From Anaerolineae bacterium (GTDB lineage Bacteria > Chloroflexota > Anaerolineae > Aggregatilineales > UBA3940): a DNA stretch of 64,000 bases. Below are positions 10,100 through 19,421 of the stretch, one piece after another. Each line of letters opens with the position of its first letter. Position 1 is the stretch's first letter. Where the stretch lies: the NCBI GenBank assembly GCA_034435375.1, contig DAOTXR010000052.1, positions 228,093-292,092 of the forward strand, read 5' to 3'. Made by a program: the position numbers and the translations under genes. The notes under the pieces were generated by a model. The model did no database searches, was not told where the DNA came from, and worked only from the letters and a program-made list of their open reading frames with translations.

Positions 10100-10921
10100 A
10101 TGAAGTTCGTCCGCGTCCACAACCTCGAGACACGCTATTACACTGCTGGAATAGGGCCGCGCGACGTTTTATTTGTGCACGGTTGGGCTGCTTCCGGGCG
10201 TATGTGGCTTCGCAGCATGTGGGCCTTGCGTCACTCCTACCACACCTGGGCCCTTGATCTGCCGGGCTTTGGAAACTCCGAAGCACCCGCTGACGAATGG
10301 ACCTCCACTGAGCAGTATACCGATCATGTAGCGGCCTTCTGCGAGTTGGTGGGGGTAAAGCCTTACGCTGTCGTCGGGCATTCCATGGGAGGACGCATCA
10401 TCTTCGATCTGGCTCGCCGTTATCCTCATTTGGTTGGCAGGCTGGTTGCCGTGGCTCCAATGGTAACGGGCCGGCTGGGGTTTAATCTCAACGTCTTCAT
10501 GTTTGGCGATCTGGGTGAGACGCTGGGTGTTCTGGCGCGGCGTATCTGGCCAGTTGCCACGGCAGGGGCGTTGAGCACTTACTGGGCGCCGCGCTACCTG
10601 GGCAGCGAAGGCGTCAGGCGCACCGCAGACGACATGCGCCGCACCGCGGCGCAGGCTGCAATCGGCAGCTTGCGGGCCATGACCAATCAGGATTACTCGC
10701 CCTACCTCGCAGACATATCGCAGCCTGCCCTGGTGATCTGTGGTAGGCGGGATTACACGATCCCGCCTAGTGACTCACGTCTGGCGGCTGAGAAGCTCCC
10801 TTTGGCGCGGCTAGTGATGTTGGAACACGTCCATCACTGGCCGACGGACGAGGACCCTTTGGCTTTCCTGTGGGCGCTAAAAGGTTTCCTGGCTGATGGC
10901 CTGAGTGAGGCAGTGACATGA
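10100..10921 (+). CDS. Alpha/beta-fold hydrolase
   Basis: 273 aa with VLFVHGWAASG, nucleophile elbow GHSMGG, and a C-terminal HHWP histidine region. Confidence 0.85.
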   Translation: MKFVRVHNLETRYYTAGIGPRDVLFVHGWAASGRMWLRSMWALRHSYHTWALDLPGFGNSEAPADEWTSTEQYTDHVAAFCELVGVKPYAVVGHSMGGRIIFDLARRYPHLVGRLVAVAPMVTGRLGFNLNVFMFGDLGETLGVLARRIWPVATAGALSTYWAPRYLGSEGVRRTADDMRRTAAQAAIGSLRAMTNQDYSPYLADISQPALVICGRRDYTIPPSDSRLAAEKLPLARLVMLEHVHHWPTDEDPLAFLWALKGFLADGLSEAVT

Positions 10922-11505
10922 GAGGACCCTGGCGTCTGTTCGTCGCACTTGAACTTCCATCTGACGTGCTGCATGCCCTTGAGAAGCTTCAGGCAGACCT
11001 CAGACGCCATATCCCCGGTCGAGCTGTGCGTTGGGTGCGTCCTGAAGGTATCCACCTGACACTCAAGTTTCTGGGGGATGTGCCCTGCGATCAGGTCGGC
11101 GAATTGCAGACTGCGCTTGATCAAGCAGTGGCAGGTCGCCATCGGTTTTCGTTGAACGTCGAAGGGCTGAGTTGCTTCCCAAATATGAATCGCCCACGTG
11201 TGCTATGGGTAGGGGTCACTGGTGCGCTGAAGCCCTTGCTCGCACTCCAGCAAGGGGTAGAGGAGCACATTGCACCGTTGGGGTTTTCCACAGAGGAACG
11301 CAGTTTCTCACCACATTTGACACTGGCACGCACCGGGCAGCGTGCCAGCCGCGACGAAATGGCTGCATTGGGTGAGGCTGTGCAAAAGTACACTATCGGT
11401 CAGATCGCGAGTTGGGAGGTTCAGACCGTCAGCCTGATGCGAAGCTATCTCAAACCGGATGGCGCTACTTACACTCAGGTGTACACCGTTGCCCTGGAGC
11501 CGTGA
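10918..11505 (+). CDS. thpR: RNA 2',3'-cyclic phosphodiesterase / 2'-5' RNA ligase (2H phosphoesterase)
   Basis: 195 aa with two HxTx motifs (HLTLKFLG and HLTLAR). The start overlaps the upstream stop by 4 nt (ATGA at 10918-10921). Confidence 0.85.
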   Translation: MRGPWRLFVALELPSDVLHALEKLQADLRRHIPGRAVRWVRPEGIHLTLKFLGDVPCDQVGELQTALDQAVAGRHRFSLNVEGLSCFPNMNRPRVLWVGVTGALKPLLALQQGVEEHIAPLGFSTEERSFSPHLTLARTGQRASRDEMAALGEAVQKYTIGQIASWEVQTVSLMRSYLKPDGATYTQVYTVALEP

Positions 11506-11506
11506 G

Positions 11507-11977
11507 TTGGCTGCCTCTCTGCCTCAGCCGACCTCTCTGCTGCTGGATGCCATGCTTGGCCGATTGGCTCGCTGGCTACGACTGATGGGCTACGATGCTG
11601 CCTATCTATCTGACACTGACGATGTAGAGGTCATTCGACAAGCACGGGCCGAGTCGCGGCTGATTCTGACCCGTGACCGAGGGCTGGCATCGCGCCGTGG
11701 AGTCCGGGCAGTGCTGATCGAGAGCCAGGAACTGCCTGAGCAGATATCGCAGGTCGTCTCCCTGATAGGACCGCCGCCCCAGCCAGTGACACCACGCTGT
11801 GTGGTGTGTAATGTTCCTCTCTTGCCAATCTCAGCAGAGGCAGCTCGTGACCATGTGCCTCCCTATGTCTGGCGCTCCAGCCGGGATTTCACCCGCTGTC
11901 AGAGCTGCAACCGTATCTACTGGCAAGGCACACACTGGGATGCCATTCGGGCGCAGTTGGAGAATTTGAGAAGTTGA
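11507..11977 (+). CDS. Mut7-C (PIN-like) RNase domain protein with C-terminal zinc ribbon
   Basis: LLLDAMLGRLARWLRLMGYDAAY is the typical Mut7-C N-terminus. C-terminal CVVCN...CQSCNRIYWQGTHW. The ORF track starts at ATG 11459 (47-nt overlap with thpR). I prefer TTG 11507, 2 nt after the thpR stop, with GGAG 7 nt upstream. The start is uncertain. Confidence 0.75.
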   Translation: MAASLPQPTSLLLDAMLGRLARWLRLMGYDAAYLSDTDDVEVIRQARAESRLILTRDRGLASRRGVRAVLIESQELPEQISQVVSLIGPPPQPVTPRCVVCNVPLLPISAEAARDHVPPYVWRSSRDFTRCQSCNRIYWQGTHWDAIRAQLENLRS

Positions 11978-12002
11978 TCGGCGATTTGTGTGCGTGCTAG
12001 AA
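11974..12002 (+). promoter_or_regulatory. Sigma70-like promoter for rsfS
   Basis: TTGATC (11974-11979), 17-nt spacer, TAGAAT (11997-12002). It would place the transcription start near 12009, downstream of the ORF-track starts at 11990 and 12002. Confidence 0.45.
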
Positions 12003-12031
12003 TGGCACACATCACACAGCTTCGAGGGAAG

Positions 12032-12397
12032 ATGGTAGAACAGATTGAGATGATTGAGCTGGCTCACTACATCGTTGACCTGATTGCCGATAAGAAGGGG
12101 GAAGACATCGTCTTGCTAGACATTCGGGAGCGGACGATCATTGCAGACTACTTCATTGTATGCAGCGGCAACAGCGAGCGCCAGCTCAAAGCAGTCGTCG
12201 AAGAAATCACCGAGGAGGTCAAAAAGAACCACCACATTAGCCCCCGGGCGGTTGAGGGTGATGCAGCTACAGGCTGGGTGCTGATCGACTATGGTGATAT
12301 TGTGGTCCATGCCTTTGCTCCCGATACGCGCCGTTACTACGACCTCGAAGGTTTCTGGTTAGAAAACGACGCCGCCATCTTGCTCAAGATGCAATAA
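12032..12397 (+). CDS. rsfS: Ribosome silencing factor RsfS (iojap family)
   Basis: KKGEDIVLLDI...ADYFIVCSGNSERQLKAV...GWVLIDYGDIVVHAF. Start chosen at ATG 12032 (GAGGGAAG upstream, about 121 aa as is typical). The ORF-track start at 11990 is probably too long. Confidence 0.85.
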   Translation: MVEQIEMIELAHYIVDLIADKKGEDIVLLDIRERTIIADYFIVCSGNSERQLKAVVEEITEEVKKNHHISPRAVEGDAATGWVLIDYGDIVVHAFAPDTRRYYDLEGFWLENDAAILLKMQ

Positions 12398-12433
12398 GCC
12401 AAAGGGACGATCTCTCAGGATTGCCCCTTTGGC
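12398..12433. terminator. Stem-loop between convergent rsfS and ndk
   Basis: gccaaaggg (12398-12406) pairs with ccctttggc (12425-12433), a 9-bp stem. Confidence 0.5.
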
Positions 12434-12439
12434 TCACGC

Positions 12440-12892
12440 TTAGCCCTCGGAAATCCAGCGCTCCGTATCGCGGATCCAGGTAACAAGCTCATCCTCTGCA
12501 AAGAACAGACGCACCTCGCGAGCAGCATCCTCCTGGCTGGCTGAACCATGCACGATGTTGCGGCCAACCTCGATCGCCAGGTCGCCGCGGATCGTGCCAG
12601 GCGCGGCCTCGGCGGGCTTGGTGGCGCCCATCGTTGTGCGCACAATGTTGATCGCCTGGGTTCCTTCCCACACCATAGCCACCACTGGCCCAGATGTGAT
12701 ATAAGCGATCAGGCCGGGGTAGAAAGGCTTGCCCTCGTGTTCGGCGTAGTGGCGGGCGGCCAGCTCTTTGCTCATTTGCATGAATTTCATGCCCACAAGG
12801 CGCAGACCACGCCATTCCAGCCGCCTGATGACCTCACCGATCAGTCCGCGCTGAACCCCATCAGGTTTTATTAGAACCAGTGTCCGTTCCAA
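12440..12892 (-). CDS. ndk: Nucleoside diphosphate kinase
   Basis: ERTLVLIKPDGVQRGLIGEVI...NIVHGSAS. Start inferred at TTG 12892-12890, preceded by AGGGAGG (agggaggacattTTG), giving about 150 aa. The 72-aa N-terminal extension in the ORF track is not NDK-like. Confidence 0.9.
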   Translation of the reverse strand: MERTLVLIKPDGVQRGLIGEVIRRLEWRGLRLVGMKFMQMSKELAARHYAEHEGKPFYPGLIAYITSGPVVAMVWEGTQAINIVRTTMGATKPAEAAPGTIRGDLAIEVGRNIVHGSASQEDAAREVRLFFAEDELVTWIRDTERWISEG

Positions 12893-13248
12893 AATGTCCT
12901 CCCTGGATGAAAGATCAACCAACAGCACCGGAGATTGGATGTCATTGGCTGGTGGTGCCCGCGAGAGTATAACGGTTGCCTCCTCAGGTCGCCAAACCTT
13001 CCCTTCTGATAATCTTGGCAAATATGCCTGTCTGGGCAGTGTAGCGCTTGACTCAGCCAGAGAGAGCTGGGATGAAAGAGATCGGTGGACACGCTCATCT
13101 ATCTGCAAGTCGTGTTATACTGTCCATGTCTACTCAGGTGGCAATCGTGCCCAGGTAGACCTGTACATGTAGTCTCGGCTCCGCGACATGTGCTGAGAGC
13201 GGTCTCATACTTCATCCAATCACCACTTGCAGGCGTGGAGTACACCTC

Positions 13249-14892
13249 ATGATGGATTTGACTGGACGTACCTTAGGCCAGTACCAGATAGTGGAAGAGA
13301 TCGGCCACGGCGGCATGGCAAACGTTTACCGGGCTATACAACCTTCCATGAGCCGCGAAGTGGCTATCAAAGTACTGCCTGCCCACTTTCTTCAGGATCG
13401 CACCTTTCTTGAACGCTTCACCCGTGAGGTGAAGGTCATGGCCAGGCTTCAACATCCCCATATTCTCCCCGTCTACGATGCTGGCGAGGAGAATGGTCTG
13501 CCCTATATAGTGATGGCTTACATGAAGGGTGGGACGCTAGCCGATCGCATCCGTGAGTCACAGGGTGGTTTGCCCCTTGATGAAGTTGTGCGTCTGGTGG
13601 ACCAAATCGCCAAGGCTCTCGACTTTGCTCACAGACATGGCATCATCCACCGCGACTTCAAACCTTCCAATGTCCTGCTAGATACGGAAGGCAATACTTA
13701 CTTGGCCGACTTTGGCATTGCAAAGGCGACCGAGACCACGGCGCAGTTGACAGGCAGCGGTATTGTCGGAACGCCTGCCTACATGGCTCCGGAGATGTCG
13801 GAGCCAGGCGAGCCATCTCTGCTGGTTGACGTGTATGCGTTGGGTGTGACGCTGTTTCAGATGCTTGTCGGCAAGCAGCCCTATGAAGCTCCCACGCCGA
13901 TGGGCCTGCTGATGGCTCATGTAGCCCAACCTATTCCTGATGTGCGGCATTACCGGTCCGATCTGCCCGACGCCGTGCAGACGGTCATTGTACGAGCGAT
14001 GGCCAAGGAGCCGCGGGCGCGTTATCAGAGTGCTGGTGCGCTGGCTGCCGATCTGTCGGCAGCGGCTGGAGGCGCTCCACTGGCTGCGGCAGGTCCTGAG
14101 TCGCAGTGGAGTGCTGTGTGGGAAGCTCCTACCATGGACGAGAGTGTCGCCACACCCCGCCCTCAGATCCATGCAACGCAGCAGCCTGTGTTGCCCCAGG
14201 CTGCTCCAGCTACCAGCCCTGTCTCTGTGAGTCCCTCTGCTCAACGTAGCTTTGGCTCGCTGGTGTGGATCGGTGGCGCTGTTGGGGTTTTCCTTTTGCT
14301 GTGTGTTCTTGTGGCGCTCGGCCTGGCGTGGGGTTTACCACAAATTCTAGCAAGATCAGCGGCTACACCGATGGCCACAGCGCCAAATACTTCCGTACCT
14401 GTATCTGATGCTGCGCCGCCCACTCCGATGCCAACAGCTATACCGACGAGTACCCCTGTGGTCATAGAGCCGACGGCCACGGAGTATCCCACCTCAACCC
14501 CCGATCTCTCCTCTTATGAGTTTGAGATTGAGCAGGCTATCGTGGACTTCGACCGTGAGATGCGTTATCTGTTGGAGAACTGCGACACATCGCGTATAGC
14601 CACTGAGGCGCTGGGCAAGGCTCTGCAGGATCGTTATGATGCCTACGATACCGTCTGTGTCCAGGCTGGCTGTCGGTGGGTTTATGACCATCGAGGGATT
14701 GAGGTGGTTGAGATCCATTGGCTAGGATCGGATTGGGTCGAGGTAGACGCGATGGTGGATCGCAGTGGTACTGTCATGTGCCCTGATGGAGAGCGCAGTG
14801 AGTATGCCTTCCCTGGCCCCTATCAAGCCATCTATGTGGTTGAACTCATCAATGACCACTGGTGGGTCACCGACTACGAGCCTTTAAGGTAG
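13249..14892 (+). CDS. Hanks-type Ser/Thr protein kinase, single TM, extracytoplasmic C-terminal domain
   Basis: GHGGMANVY, VAIKVL, HRDFKPSNVLL, DFGIAK, PAYMAPE. TM LVWIGGAVGVFLLLCVLVALGLAW, a Pro/Thr linker, and a C-terminal roughly 130-aa domain ending HWWVTDYEPL (NTF2-like by feel, not verified). Confidence 0.9.
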   Translation: MMDLTGRTLGQYQIVEEIGHGGMANVYRAIQPSMSREVAIKVLPAHFLQDRTFLERFTREVKVMARLQHPHILPVYDAGEENGLPYIVMAYMKGGTLADRIRESQGGLPLDEVVRLVDQIAKALDFAHRHGIIHRDFKPSNVLLDTEGNTYLADFGIAKATETTAQLTGSGIVGTPAYMAPEMSEPGEPSLLVDVYALGVTLFQMLVGKQPYEAPTPMGLLMAHVAQPIPDVRHYRSDLPDAVQTVIVRAMAKEPRARYQSAGALAADLSAAAGGAPLAAAGPESQWSAVWEAPTMDESVATPRPQIHATQQPVLPQAAPATSPVSVSPSAQRSFGSLVWIGGAVGVFLLLCVLVALGLAWGLPQILARSAATPMATAPNTSVPVSDAAPPTPMPTAIPTSTPVVIEPTATEYPTSTPDLSSYEFEIEQAIVDFDREMRYLLENCDTSRIATEALGKALQDRYDAYDTVCVQAGCRWVYDHRGIEVVEIHWLGSDWVEVDAMVDRSGTVMCPDGERSEYAFPGPYQAIYVVELINDHWWVTDYEPLR

Positions 14893-14905
14893 AACCGCAG
14901 AGCTT

Positions 14906-16510
14906 ATGGAGACCAGGAGGTTCATCGTCCGGCCTGGATCAGAGCATATCGGTCGCCGGGACCCGGTGACAGGTCTGACTATCCAGCAGGGTAACGAGGT
15001 GGTTGACTGTGGCCGAGGCCATCTCTATCTGATCCAGTCCTGGCAGTCTCTCAGAGGGCGCTGCCCTCTATGCCATCACCGTGATGCTGCCCAGACTGTT
15101 CAGCAGGCTCGGTTGGTGCCTCGCAGCCTGGCTCGTAGTATGTCAGCTCACCGCCGCGCTCCCAAGTTACCCTCAACACTCCAGCCAGTTCTAGCGATTG
15201 GCCTGCTAGGAGTGTGCCTGCTGCTGGTTGCGATCAGCGCATGGGTTGCCAGTCTTTTCGTTCAGGGCCGTGTCCCAGCCGGGGCGTTGTCGACCTCTCC
15301 TGAAGTGGCGACCATCCCCTCGACCGACCAACCATCTCCATCACCGCCGATGGCTGCTGTCACATTCGTCACCGCCACACCGGTGATCTATCCGACCAGC
15401 ACGTTTGATGTCGAAGTGATTGTGCACGTAGTTAGGCAGGGTGAGACGCTTACTACAATAGCAGCATTATATGGCTTGACGCCAGATGTTCTGCAGGCCT
15501 TCAATGGCTTGACTGACCCGGACGCGATCTATGTCGACCAGCAACTGCTAATCCCCGTGGGTGGGGACATCGAGGGGGCGATTGCCTCTCTGCCAACTTT
15601 CACGCCGTCGCCCACCCTGGTTCTCCCAGATAGCATTCAAGCAACTAACCCGCTGGCTCCCTACACGATCCCGGCCCTGCGGGCCAGGACATATAACGGT
15701 GGACGGCTCGTGAAGGAGGCCCGCACGTTCAGCAACAGCGCTTATGAGCAGTGGCAAATCTCGTACTACAGTGATGATATCTACGTCACCGGCCTGATGG
15801 ACCTTCCCCATGGGCAGGGGCCGTGGCCTGTAATCATTGTCCTGCACGGCGGGGTCGATCAGGATAGCTACGAACAAGGGTGGGGCACCAGCGAACACTG
15901 CGAATTCTTTGCTCGGCATGGGTATCTGTGCCTGATGCCCGATTATCGGTCTTACAACCACACTCAGGGTTCCGGTTCGCCGCTCAAGATTCCCTGGGCT
16001 ATCGACGTCATGAACCTGATCGCAGCGCTTCCCACGTTGCCCGAAGCCGATAGCGCCCGCGTGGGCGTGCTGGGGCATTCGCGGGGGGGCGGAATCGCCA
16101 CCTACATTATGGTGTTAGCTCCACAGGTTCGAGCAGTGAGCCTCTATGCTCCGCTGCACACTGATCAGGCTGTGAACTGGGACATCTACGCCAATACGTT
16201 TGGGGCCGATTGGCCTATCCTCGATGCAGAAGTCTACGGTTCTCCGACCAGCAATCCGGAGGGGTATCGGCAGGTGTCCCCTGGTACCTATCTGGACTGG
16301 GTGGCCATGCCTGTCATCATTCACCACGGCTCTGCAGACGCCACGATCCCTGTGCAATGGTCTCGCGATCTCTACAACCGGTTGCAGCAGCATGGCGTCA
16401 CAGTTGAATATTACGAATACCCCGGAGCTGGTCATACCCTGATCGGTGAGGACTACGATCTTTTTCTTCAGCGCAACCTCGAGTTCTTCGATATTTTCGT
16501 CAGACCGTAA
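14906..16510 (+). CDS. Zinc-ribbon-like N-terminus + TM + LysM + alpha/beta hydrolase (S9/dienelactone-hydrolase-like)
   Basis: N-terminal CGRGH...CPLCHH. TM LAIGLLGVCLLLVAISAWVASLF. LysM: HVVRQGETLTTIAALYGLTPDVLQAFNGL..QQLLIP. Hydrolase: VLHGG, GHSRGG, HHGSAD, GAGH. It starts 14 nt after the kinase stop. Confidence 0.8.
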   Translation: METRRFIVRPGSEHIGRRDPVTGLTIQQGNEVVDCGRGHLYLIQSWQSLRGRCPLCHHRDAAQTVQQARLVPRSLARSMSAHRRAPKLPSTLQPVLAIGLLGVCLLLVAISAWVASLFVQGRVPAGALSTSPEVATIPSTDQPSPSPPMAAVTFVTATPVIYPTSTFDVEVIVHVVRQGETLTTIAALYGLTPDVLQAFNGLTDPDAIYVDQQLLIPVGGDIEGAIASLPTFTPSPTLVLPDSIQATNPLAPYTIPALRARTYNGGRLVKEARTFSNSAYEQWQISYYSDDIYVTGLMDLPHGQGPWPVIIVLHGGVDQDSYEQGWGTSEHCEFFARHGYLCLMPDYRSYNHTQGSGSPLKIPWAIDVMNLIAALPTLPEADSARVGVLGHSRGGGIATYIMVLAPQVRAVSLYAPLHTDQAVNWDIYANTFGADWPILDAEVYGSPTSNPEGYRQVSPGTYLDWVAMPVIIHHGSADATIPVQWSRDLYNRLQQHGVTVEYYEYPGAGHTLIGEDYDLFLQRNLEFFDIFVRP

Positions 16511-16642
16511 CGACATAGCAACCGCCGCCCACGCTCCTCTTCCTTCTGAGGCTTTATCGCCAAGCAGGCTGGAGGGTTGTGCTTTGCCCCTGGGGTCAAG
16601 CAACATGTGCCGGATGTGATCGCCGAGCACTCAAGGGCCGCA

Positions 16643-19303
16643 TTATGTGTCGATCTGCAAGAGCCGAAGCTGGCGGGCTTTGGCGATGGCCTGCGTGCGA
16701 CTCTGCACGTCGAGCTTGCTGTACATGTTATTGATGTGCCGCTTGACTGTCCCTAACGTGATGACCAACTGCTCGGCGATCTCTGCGTTGGAATACCCAG
16801 CGGCGATCAGGTTCAGAACCTCCAACTCGCGCTCGCTGAGCGGTTCGACGAGAGGTTGCCGGAGGCTGTATCGGGTTGTCATGGGGCCACGCGCATAGCT
16901 TATCACCTGGTCTACGAACTGTGGAGCAACGTGTCGGATTTCGGGCAGCAGGTGGATCACCATGGCGTCCTCGTCCAGGAAGGCTTGGAGGTATCCTTCC
17001 GGTGCAGCAATCTCCACCGCCCGACTCAGCAGATCACAGGCCTCGTTGTGATTTCCTTCCCGCTCCTCCAGCAGAGCCTGAAGGATGTGCACGGTCAGCA
17101 GCCAGCGATACAATCCCCGCTCCTTGGCAAAGGTCTCCTGATTGGCCAGCAAATGTCGGGATTCCTTCAACCGCCCCTGGGCCAGCAACAGACGGGAGAA
17201 TACGCGGTACGTGTCGATCTTCAGATACTGTGGTGTGTCATCCGGAGTCAGTCCTGCCATCTCGGCCCAGCGAAGCGCGAATCGCAGGTCGCCTTCCTTG
17301 AGCCGGATGTCAGCCTCTTGGGCAAGGATCCAGTCGACGTCGGTTAGCTCAGTCTGGGCTGCAAGGTGACAGGCGACCTGGAGGGCTTCCAATGCCGAGT
17401 CAATGTCTCCCAGGGCGTAGAGGGTCTGCGCCCGGAATCCCTGCGCAACAAGGAGAATGCTCGGAAGGGCAAGTTTCTGGCTATGGGCTAGCCCCTGATC
17501 CAGATAGTAGTGAGCCTGGTCGAGCTGGTGAGCCTCATAGTGAAGTGTTCCCAGAAAGCTCATGAGCAGCGCAGCCAGCGGGGAAGTACGCCCCAAACCG
17601 TCTGTGTAGCGGACAAGAGCCTCCTCGCAAACACGGAGGGCCTCGCGGCGCTTGCCATGGTGGTTGAGGGCGCCTGCCAGGGCCTCTTCGACCGCCACGG
17701 CGAAGACCTGATCGCTGAGCGATTGACCGACACGCTGGGCCTCGCGAAAGGCACGGATTGCTTCGGTGATGTGGCCGGTGCGTTCCTGAGCCTCGGCCAT
17801 GGCCCACAGCCCGATCACCTGCCAGTAGGGCTGGTCCTCTGGCAGCAAGCTGAGTGCATCCGAGGCCAGCTCGACAGCTCGGCTGTAGTCCTTGTGGCGC
17901 AGCAAAGCAGTGAAACAACGCAGCAGTGAGACTTTGCCCATTTGGGCCTCTGGCACTTCGGCTCCCTGCAAGGCCGCTTCGGCTGCACCGGTATACTCCT
18001 CGGCCAGCGCCAGATCGCCGGATGCAGCCAGCACCCAGGCCCTGCTGATCGCTAGGTCGGGGTTGGACCTGACCCGCGCGTCAGGCAGGGCATCAAGCCA
18101 GCTGCGCACGGTGATCACTCCACCCCCACCGATGGTTTGGGTAGCCATGTCGGCGATCAGTCGTTCGGCATATTCCAGGTCTCCTGTGGCCCTCGCATAG
18201 GCCAGGACATGGTGGATTGCCTGTTCGGCAAAGCCGTGTGCTTCATACCAGCGGGCAGCACGTCGATGCAGCTCACTCCGTTGTTCCTGGCTGAGCGTCA
18301 TGCGCAGCATCTCGGCGAACAAGCGATGGTAACGGTACCACTCCCGGTGGTGATCGAGCGGGATCAGGAACAGATTGGCCGCCTCAAGCTGCTCCAGGAC
18401 GATCTGGCTGTCTTCCCGCCCTGTGATGTCGTTACACAGCGGGGCCGAGAGCCGGTCCAGAATAGCTGTCTGACGGAGGAACTCGCGTATCAGTTCCGGT
18501 TGGCGATCCAGCACCTCAGCTACCAGGTAGTCCATGACGTAGCGGTTGTTGCCAGTGAAGGCTGCGACGAAAGAATCTGTTTCGCCTGCGTCCTTTTGTA
18601 AAGCTAAGGCTGCCAGTTGCAGACCAGTGATCCAGCCCTCGGTGCGTGCCTCGAGAGCAGCAACTCCCTCGGCAGAAAGAGTCAGGCCCATTGTTTGGCT
18701 CAGGAACTCGGTGGCTTCCTCCGGTGTAAAGCGCAGGTCACGTTCGCGTATCTCGGTCATCTGGCCACGAGCACGCATGCGTGCCAGGGGCAGTGGCGGG
18801 TCTTCGCGTGTGCCAATGGCGATGTGGATCGCTGCTGGTTGGTTATCCAGCAGGAACCTGAAAATCTCGTGCACGGCAGGCACTGAGACTGTGTGGTAAT
18901 CGTCGAGCACGAGGATGATTCCATCAGCCAGGGTCGTGAGATCGTTGATCAACGCTATGACGAGGCTCTGAGGTAGCACGGGCTGAGATGACTGCATGAG
19001 CGGTAGCATTGTCTGTCCGATGTTACTATCGACCTGTTGGAGGGCAGTGACTACATAATGCAAAAACTGGGTGGCGTCATTGTCTCCTTCATCGAGCGAT
19101 AGCCACGCCACAGGACGTCCCGATGCACTGGCCCATGCGCTGATTAGAGTTGTCTTGCCAAAGCCGGCTGGGGCCGAAACGAGAGTCAGCCGCCGACCCA
19201 GGCGCAATCCTTCGTTTAACTGCTCGGTCAGGCGAGCACGGCGCACCTGATTTGGGCGCGGCGGCGGTATGTGAAACTTGGTACTCAGCAATGGGGTGGG
19301 CAT
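16643..19303 (-). CDS. MalT-like STAND ATPase / TPR / LuxR-family transcriptional regulator
   Basis: 886 aa. N-terminal [10 protein letters not shown], Walker [11 protein letters not shown], a long helical-repeat middle, and a C-terminal Lux[47 protein letters not shown]. Confidence 0.9.
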   Translation of the reverse strand: MPTPLLSTKFHIPPPRPNQVRRARLTEQLNEGLRLGRRLTLVSAPAGFGKTTLISAWASASGRPVAWLSLDEGDNDATQFLHYVVTALQQVDSNIGQTMLPLMQSSQPVLPQSLVIALINDLTTLADGIILVLDDYHTVSVPAVHEIFRFLLDNQPAAIHIAIGTREDPPLPLARMRARGQMTEIRERDLRFTPEEATEFLSQTMGLTLSAEGVAALEARTEGWITGLQLAALALQKDAGETDSFVAAFTGNNRYVMDYLVAEVLDRQPELIREFLRQTAILDRLSAPLCNDITGREDSQIVLEQLEAANLFLIPLDHHREWYRYHRLFAEMLRMTLSQEQRSELHRRAARWYEAHGFAEQAIHHVLAYARATGDLEYAERLIADMATQTIGGGGVITVRSWLDALPDARVRSNPDLAISRAWVLAASGDLALAEEYTGAAEAALQGAEVPEAQMGKVSLLRCFTALLRHKDYSRAVELASDALSLLPEDQPYWQVIGLWAMAEAQERTGHITEAIRAFREAQRVGQSLSDQVFAVAVEEALAGALNHHGKRREALRVCEEALVRYTDGLGRTSPLAALLMSFLGTLHYEAHQLDQAHYYLDQGLAHSQKLALPSILLVAQGFRAQTLYALGDIDSALEALQVACHLAAQTELTDVDWILAQEADIRLKEGDLRFALRWAEMAGLTPDDTPQYLKIDTYRVFSRLLLAQGRLKESRHLLANQETFAKERGLYRWLLTVHILQALLEEREGNHNEACDLLSRAVEIAAPEGYLQAFLDEDAMVIHLLPEIRHVAPQFVDQVISYARGPMTTRYSLRQPLVEPLSERELEVLNLIAAGYSNAEIAEQLVITLGTVKRHINNMYSKLDVQSRTQAIAKARQLRLLQIDT

Positions 19304-19421
19304 GTTGGTGCCCTTTCGTCCACTTCTGCAGTCTTCATGCTGTTATTCTATACGTACACTTGGTCGGTAGAAGCGCAATCCACAAAAGCCAGTACAACAG
19401 AGAAGGGGCAGGCGTCGCCTG

